Shown here in pieces: positions 60,719 through 64,000 of a stretch of 64,000 nt of DNA; the stretch's first letter is position 1, and each line of letters begins with the position of its first letter. The position numbers were made by a program, and so were the translations under genes. The notes beneath the pieces are model-generated. The model worked only from the letters and a program-made list of their open reading frames with translations, did not search any database and was not told the origin of the DNA. The stretch comes from an uncultured bacterium (GTDB taxonomy: Bacteria; Omnitrophota; Omnitrophia; Omnitrophales; Aquincolibacteriaceae): positions 21,861-85,860 of the forward strand of contig CAYPIR010000001.1 in the NCBI GenBank assembly GCA_964410905.1. The letters run 5' to 3'.

Positions 60719-61639
60719 TTAGGATTGTGATTCAAGAAAACGCAGAAGTTCTTGCATATCAAGAGGTAAGTCGCTTTTGAGGGCTATCCATTTTTTAGTA
60801 TGCGGTTGTTCAAAACCAATAGAGAGCGCGTGAAGGGCTTGTCTTTTGATAGCCGGAAACGGAATGCCATAAAGAGTGTCCCCAAGCACCGGATGCCCCA
60901 TATGAGCAAAATGAACGCGGATTTGATGAGTCCGTCCCGTTTGAGGGCGAATTTCAACCCAAGTCGCGTTTTTATATCGTTTAAGAACTTTAAAAAAAGT
61001 TAACGCCTCTTTGCCGCCCGTCGGTCTAACAATAATTTTTTTTCTATTTAAAAACGCTCTGCCGACAGGCTCATTGCAATATCCCTCATCGTGCTGCACG
61101 ACTCCTTGGACAATCGCGTTATACACACGATCTACTGAATGCTCTTTAAATTGCTCAGCAAGCTTAGCGTGCGCAAAATCGTTTTTCGCCACAACCAAAA
61201 GCCCCGACGTATCCTTATCCAAACGGTGAACAATTCCAGGTCTAATCGCATCACTCCCACCTTTTAAATTTTTCACATGGAAAAGAACAGCGTTTACAAG
61301 CGTATGATCAGGATTTCCATTAGCAGGATGAACCACCATTCCAGAAGGTTTGTTTACAACAAGGCAATCCTCATCCTCATAAACAATTTCAAGCGGAATT
61401 TCTTCGGCGAGAAGCGATTTCGTAATAATTTCTCTGTCCGCAACAATGACGGCCTCGCCCTCTTTTACCAAATAATGAGAGCTTGCGACATTGCCATTTA
61501 CCGAAACATCTCCATTTTTAATCATCTTTTGCAAATGGGCTCTTGAATGCTTATCAGCCATTTTTTGCGCTAAAAAAACATCAAGCCTTCTATCCGCGTC
61601 CATTGCCTCGACTAGAAACTCAAAACTTTTTGCTGCCAT
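60719..61639 (-). CDS. rluD: 23S rRNA pseudouridine synthase, RluD family
   Basis: An S4 domain and HRLDKDTSGLLVVAKN are present. The start is trimmed to ATG 61639, just after the lgt stop. Confidence 0.9.
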   Translation of the reverse strand: MAAKSFEFLVEAMDADRRLDVFLAQKMADKHSRAHLQKMIKNGDVSVNGNVASSHYLVKEGEAVIVADREIITKSLLAEEIPLEIVYEDEDCLVVNKPSGMVVHPANGNPDHTLVNAVLFHVKNLKGGSDAIRPGIVHRLDKDTSGLLVVAKNDFAHAKLAEQFKEHSVDRVYNAIVQGVVQHDEGYCNEPVGRAFLNRKKIIVRPTGGKEALTFFKVLKRYKNATWVEIRPQTGRTHQIRVHFAHMGHPVLGDTLYGIPFPAIKRQALHALSIGFEQPHTKKWIALKSDLPLDMQELLRFLESQS

Positions 61640-61640
61640 A

Positions 61641-62378
61641 TCAGTTTCTTTTTGCCTTTCTAACTTTAAAGAACACAAACGCGATTAAGATAATGCCCGC
61701 GCTGATAAGTTGATTTGCCGTAAGTCCTTGCCAAGTCCAAGATGATTCGCGTAAAAATTCAACTAAGTAGCGGCCAAGCGCGTAAAGCATGAAATAAAGA
61801 AGTCCAATTTCGCCTGAAAAATGCTTGCGTTTTGCCCGTAACCGCAAGAAAAAGAAAAGCCCTACATTAAAAGCGGCTTCGTAAATTTGAGTGGGGTGAA
61901 CTTTGTACTCAAGAGCAGGAAACTGCACGGCAAATGGCAAATCACTCGGTTTTCCGTAGCAGCAGCCATTTAAAAAACAACCCATTCTGCCAAACACATG
62001 TGAAAGCGCGACATATGGCGTCAGAAAATCAAGACTTTGCCAAACTCCCCAGCCGTGATTCCTTGTCCAGTAGATGAAACTTACAAAACCTGATATTGCT
62101 CCTCCATAAAAAACAAGTCCGCCTTGCCAAACTTTTATAATGTCTAATGGATTGGCCCCGTAATAAGAAAAATTCTGGAAAACATAAAAAAGTCTCGCGC
62201 CGATAATCCCCCACATCACGACAAAAAAAACCATATCTAAAATTTGGGCGACGGGCGGGAAACCGTCTTTTTTTGCTTGGCGATGCATCAAAAACAAAGA
62301 GACAAGAATGCCGATAGCGATACAAAGTCCATAAGAAAAAACATGAAAATCACCAAATGAAATTACAACGGGATGCAT
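61641..62378 (-). CDS. lgt: Prolipoprotein diacylglyceryl transferase
   Basis: WQGGLVFYGG and GRMGCFLNGCCYG are present. Confidence 0.95.
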   Translation of the reverse strand: MHPVVISFGDFHVFSYGLCIAIGILVSLFLMHRQAKKDGFPPVAQILDMVFFVVMWGIIGARLFYVFQNFSYYGANPLDIIKVWQGGLVFYGGAISGFVSFIYWTRNHGWGVWQSLDFLTPYVALSHVFGRMGCFLNGCCYGKPSDLPFAVQFPALEYKVHPTQIYEAAFNVGLFFFLRLRAKRKHFSGEIGLLYFMLYALGRYLVEFLRESSWTWQGLTANQLISAGIILIAFVFFKVRKAKRN

Positions 62379-62830
62379 CAGTTCCCCTTTCGTTTAAAAG
62401 CATAAATAAAGTACAGCCCGACACCCACGGAAATAGCGATGTCCGCGACATTAAAAACAGGCCAAACTTTAAAATCGATAAAGTCCACAACCGCGGAGAA
62501 TCTTAGGCGATCAATCCAGTTCCCTATCGCCCCGGCAATAATAAGCGAATACGCGAACATATCGAGAGAGGAATTCTTTGAGGATTTCTTTTTGTTAAGA
62601 TAAAGCAAAAACATGAGAAGAAAAATAAGGCTAAGAGTAATCGCGCCAAAAAGGATTTCTTTATGCTCGCTAAAAAGTCCAAAGGCGACTCCTTTATTCA
62701 TAACGAGCGAAAAATCCAAAATTCGAGGAATTATTTGAACAGAACGCTCCAACGAAAGATTTTTAAGAGCGAAGAATTTTGTCGCTTGATCTAGCAGAAT
62801 AACTATTATGACTAGCAGGTAACAAAACAT
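62378..62830 (-). CDS. lspA: Lipoprotein signal peptidase II
   Basis: DQATK, NKGVAFG and VVDFIDF..WPVFNVAD are present. Confidence 0.95.
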   Translation of the reverse strand: MFCYLLVIIVILLDQATKFFALKNLSLERSVQIIPRILDFSLVMNKGVAFGLFSEHKEILFGAITLSLIFLLMFLLYLNKKKSSKNSSLDMFAYSLIIAGAIGNWIDRLRFSAVVDFIDFKVWPVFNVADIAISVGVGLYFIYAFKRKGN

Positions 62831-63444
62831 TAAAACCGGCGAATGTCTTTATCGATTTCTTCCTGCGCCTTTATAGAAAGCCGAGCGTAAGGGATTGCCA
62901 AAAGTCTTTTTTTAGGAATCGCTGTCCCATAGACTTCGCAAATGCCATATGTGTCGTCTTCTATTTTTTTCAAGGCCACGCTGATATCGTTTAAAAGCTG
63001 CTGCTGATTTGAAGCGATGCCGATGTTCAGTTCTCTGTCATAGTTGTCTGTAGCAAGGTCGGAAGGATCAGAAAGTTCCGCCGCGCTGCTCACGCCTTTT
63101 TTAACAAGCGCGTCTTCCTCCACCTGCTGAATATTACCGACAATCTTTTTTTGAATTTGAAGCAAAGTTTTCTTGAAGCTGTTTAGTTCACTCTTGAGAA
63201 ACGGAGATTTTTTAAGTTTCTTTTCAGTCTTAGCGATTGAAACTTTTTTTGCCGATTTGCTTTTCACCGCGGCTTTCTTAATAATTTTAACTTTCTTTTT
63301 AGAAGGCGTAACTTTTTTAATTGTTTTTATTTTTGATTTTTTAGGGCCAACTTTTTTTACCGTTTTTTTAGCAACTTTTTTTATCGCTTTTTTCACTGCT
63401 TTTTTCACTGCTTTTTTTATCTTGTTTTTTTTCGCTTTCGCCAT
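62830..63444 (-). CDS. DksA/TraR-family protein lacking the Cys4 zinc finger, fused to an ~80-aa lysine-rich histone-H1-like N-terminal tail
   Basis: The N-terminus is KKAVKKAVKKAIKKVAKKTVKK.... The C-terminal part has the coiled-coil tip DPSDLA (DxxDxA) and YGICEVYGTAIPKKRLLAIPYARLSIKAQEE, which retains 1 Cys instead of 4. Confidence 0.7.
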   Translation of the reverse strand: MAKAKKNKIKKAVKKAVKKAIKKVAKKTVKKVGPKKSKIKTIKKVTPSKKKVKIIKKAAVKSKSAKKVSIAKTEKKLKKSPFLKSELNSFKKTLLQIQKKIVGNIQQVEEDALVKKGVSSAAELSDPSDLATDNYDRELNIGIASNQQQLLNDISVALKKIEDDTYGICEVYGTAIPKKRLLAIPYARLSIKAQEEIDKDIRRF

Positions 63445-63658
63445 AACAAACCCTCTTTCTATACTGAATAACCGGGAAACGGCGCTCGGTTTTTATTGAC
63501 AAAAAATGACTCTTTCCGCCTAAAAAACGCGCGCATTATACCGACCGCTTCATATGGGCGCAAGCGATAAAACTCTTTTGAAAATTAAATTATGGGAAAG
63601 AAACGAGATTTAAAAAAGAGGCTGATGATTGGTTAGAAGCGTAAAAAGTTCCACTGCC

Positions 63659-64000
63659 TTACTTGTTTATAAAATCTATTAAAACGGTCGGCAGCTGCCC
63701 TTTTTTTTGCAACTCTTTAGAGAGAGATTTTAAAAACGCGCTAACAACGGCTGGGTCAAACTGCGTTCCAGAACAATTTATAATTTCTTGTATTGCAAAG
63801 TCAAGACTCTGTCCTTCTCTATAACATCGTGAAGAGACGATTGCGTGAAAACTATCGACAACGCATATAAGCCTCGCCTCGATTGGAATCTCTTCACCTT
63901 TTAATCCACGAGGATAACCCGTTCCGTCAAAGCGTTCGTGATGCGCTAAAATTATTTCACGCACGCGTTTAAATCCGCTTAAAGGCTCTAAAATTCGCGC
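63659..64000 (-). CDS. HD-GYP domain protein (C-terminal part; the gene continues beyond the right edge)
   Basis: HHERFDGTGYPRGL is present. The frame stays open upstream of the track's GTG to position 64000 (ARILEPLSGFKRVREIILAHHE). Confidence 0.8.
   Translation of the reverse strand, partial: ARILEPLSGFKRVREIILAHHERFDGTGYPRGLKGEEIPIEARLICVVDSFHAIVSSRCYREGQSLDFAIQEIINCSGTQFDPAVVSAFLKSLSKELQKKGQLPTVLIDFINK

Noticed and set aside
63173-63499. 108-aa Phe-rich plus-strand ORF
   Set aside because: It is the reverse-complement reading of the poly-Lys (AAA/AAG) codons of the DksA-like gene, giving TTT/CTT. It is an artefact.

Overview
This 64-kb window is about 90% coding, and every gene is on the minus strand except two at 51.0-52.8 kb. 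The content points to a diderm bacterium: LpxD, a TolC-MacAB efflux set, and Lgt/LspA. It makes menaquinone through the futalosine-type route (MqnA, an MqnC/E radical SAM enzyme, UbiD/UbiX/UbiA-like late enzymes, UbiE/MenG). I could not place the taxon; the divergent proteins suggest an uncultivated lineage. The housekeeping backbone comprises: an ETF/acyl-CoA dehydrogenase block; glgB and ligA; a short dcw head (mraZ-STAS-rsmH-ftsL-ftsI); rnpB and two tRNAs; rpoD-dnaG; mtaB, rsmE, csp and hup; dnaE, guaA, lpxD and folE; the menaquinone cluster; and rluD-lgt-lspA. Three accessory insertions interrupt this backbone. (1) At 1-6.45 kb there are two tandem GT2 glycosyltransferases, an AAA_14/DUF4143-type ATPase, and a tightly coupled operon of nucleotidyltransferase (NTP_transf_5-like), HPr-kinase-like P-loop kinase and PqqD/RRE protein. 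The 5' end of that operon carries a perfect (CAAG)10 tetranucleotide repeat. In the sequenced state the repeat uncouples both upstream ATG codons from a long stop-free reading frame. I rate this as the best candidate for an undescribed, phase-variable peptide or glycan modification system. (2) At 12.7-14.6 kb there is a visibly AT-rich type II-like R-M pair: a gamma-class N6-adenine methyltransferase plus an unrecognisable 246-aa partner. (3) At 46.7-49.4 kb a self-promoted three-gene MboI/DpnII-type GATC R-M cassette lies between dnaE and guaA, and its Dam methylase carries an N-terminal HTH. Other points of note are a non-phosphorylatable STAS gene inside the dcw operon, a clear MraZ operator, a Cys-less DksA fused to a histone-H1-like lysine-rich tail, and a divergent EtfA FAD motif. 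I saw no CRISPR array, transposase, integrase or prophage genes. All calls come from reading the translations and the DNA by eye; no searches were run.
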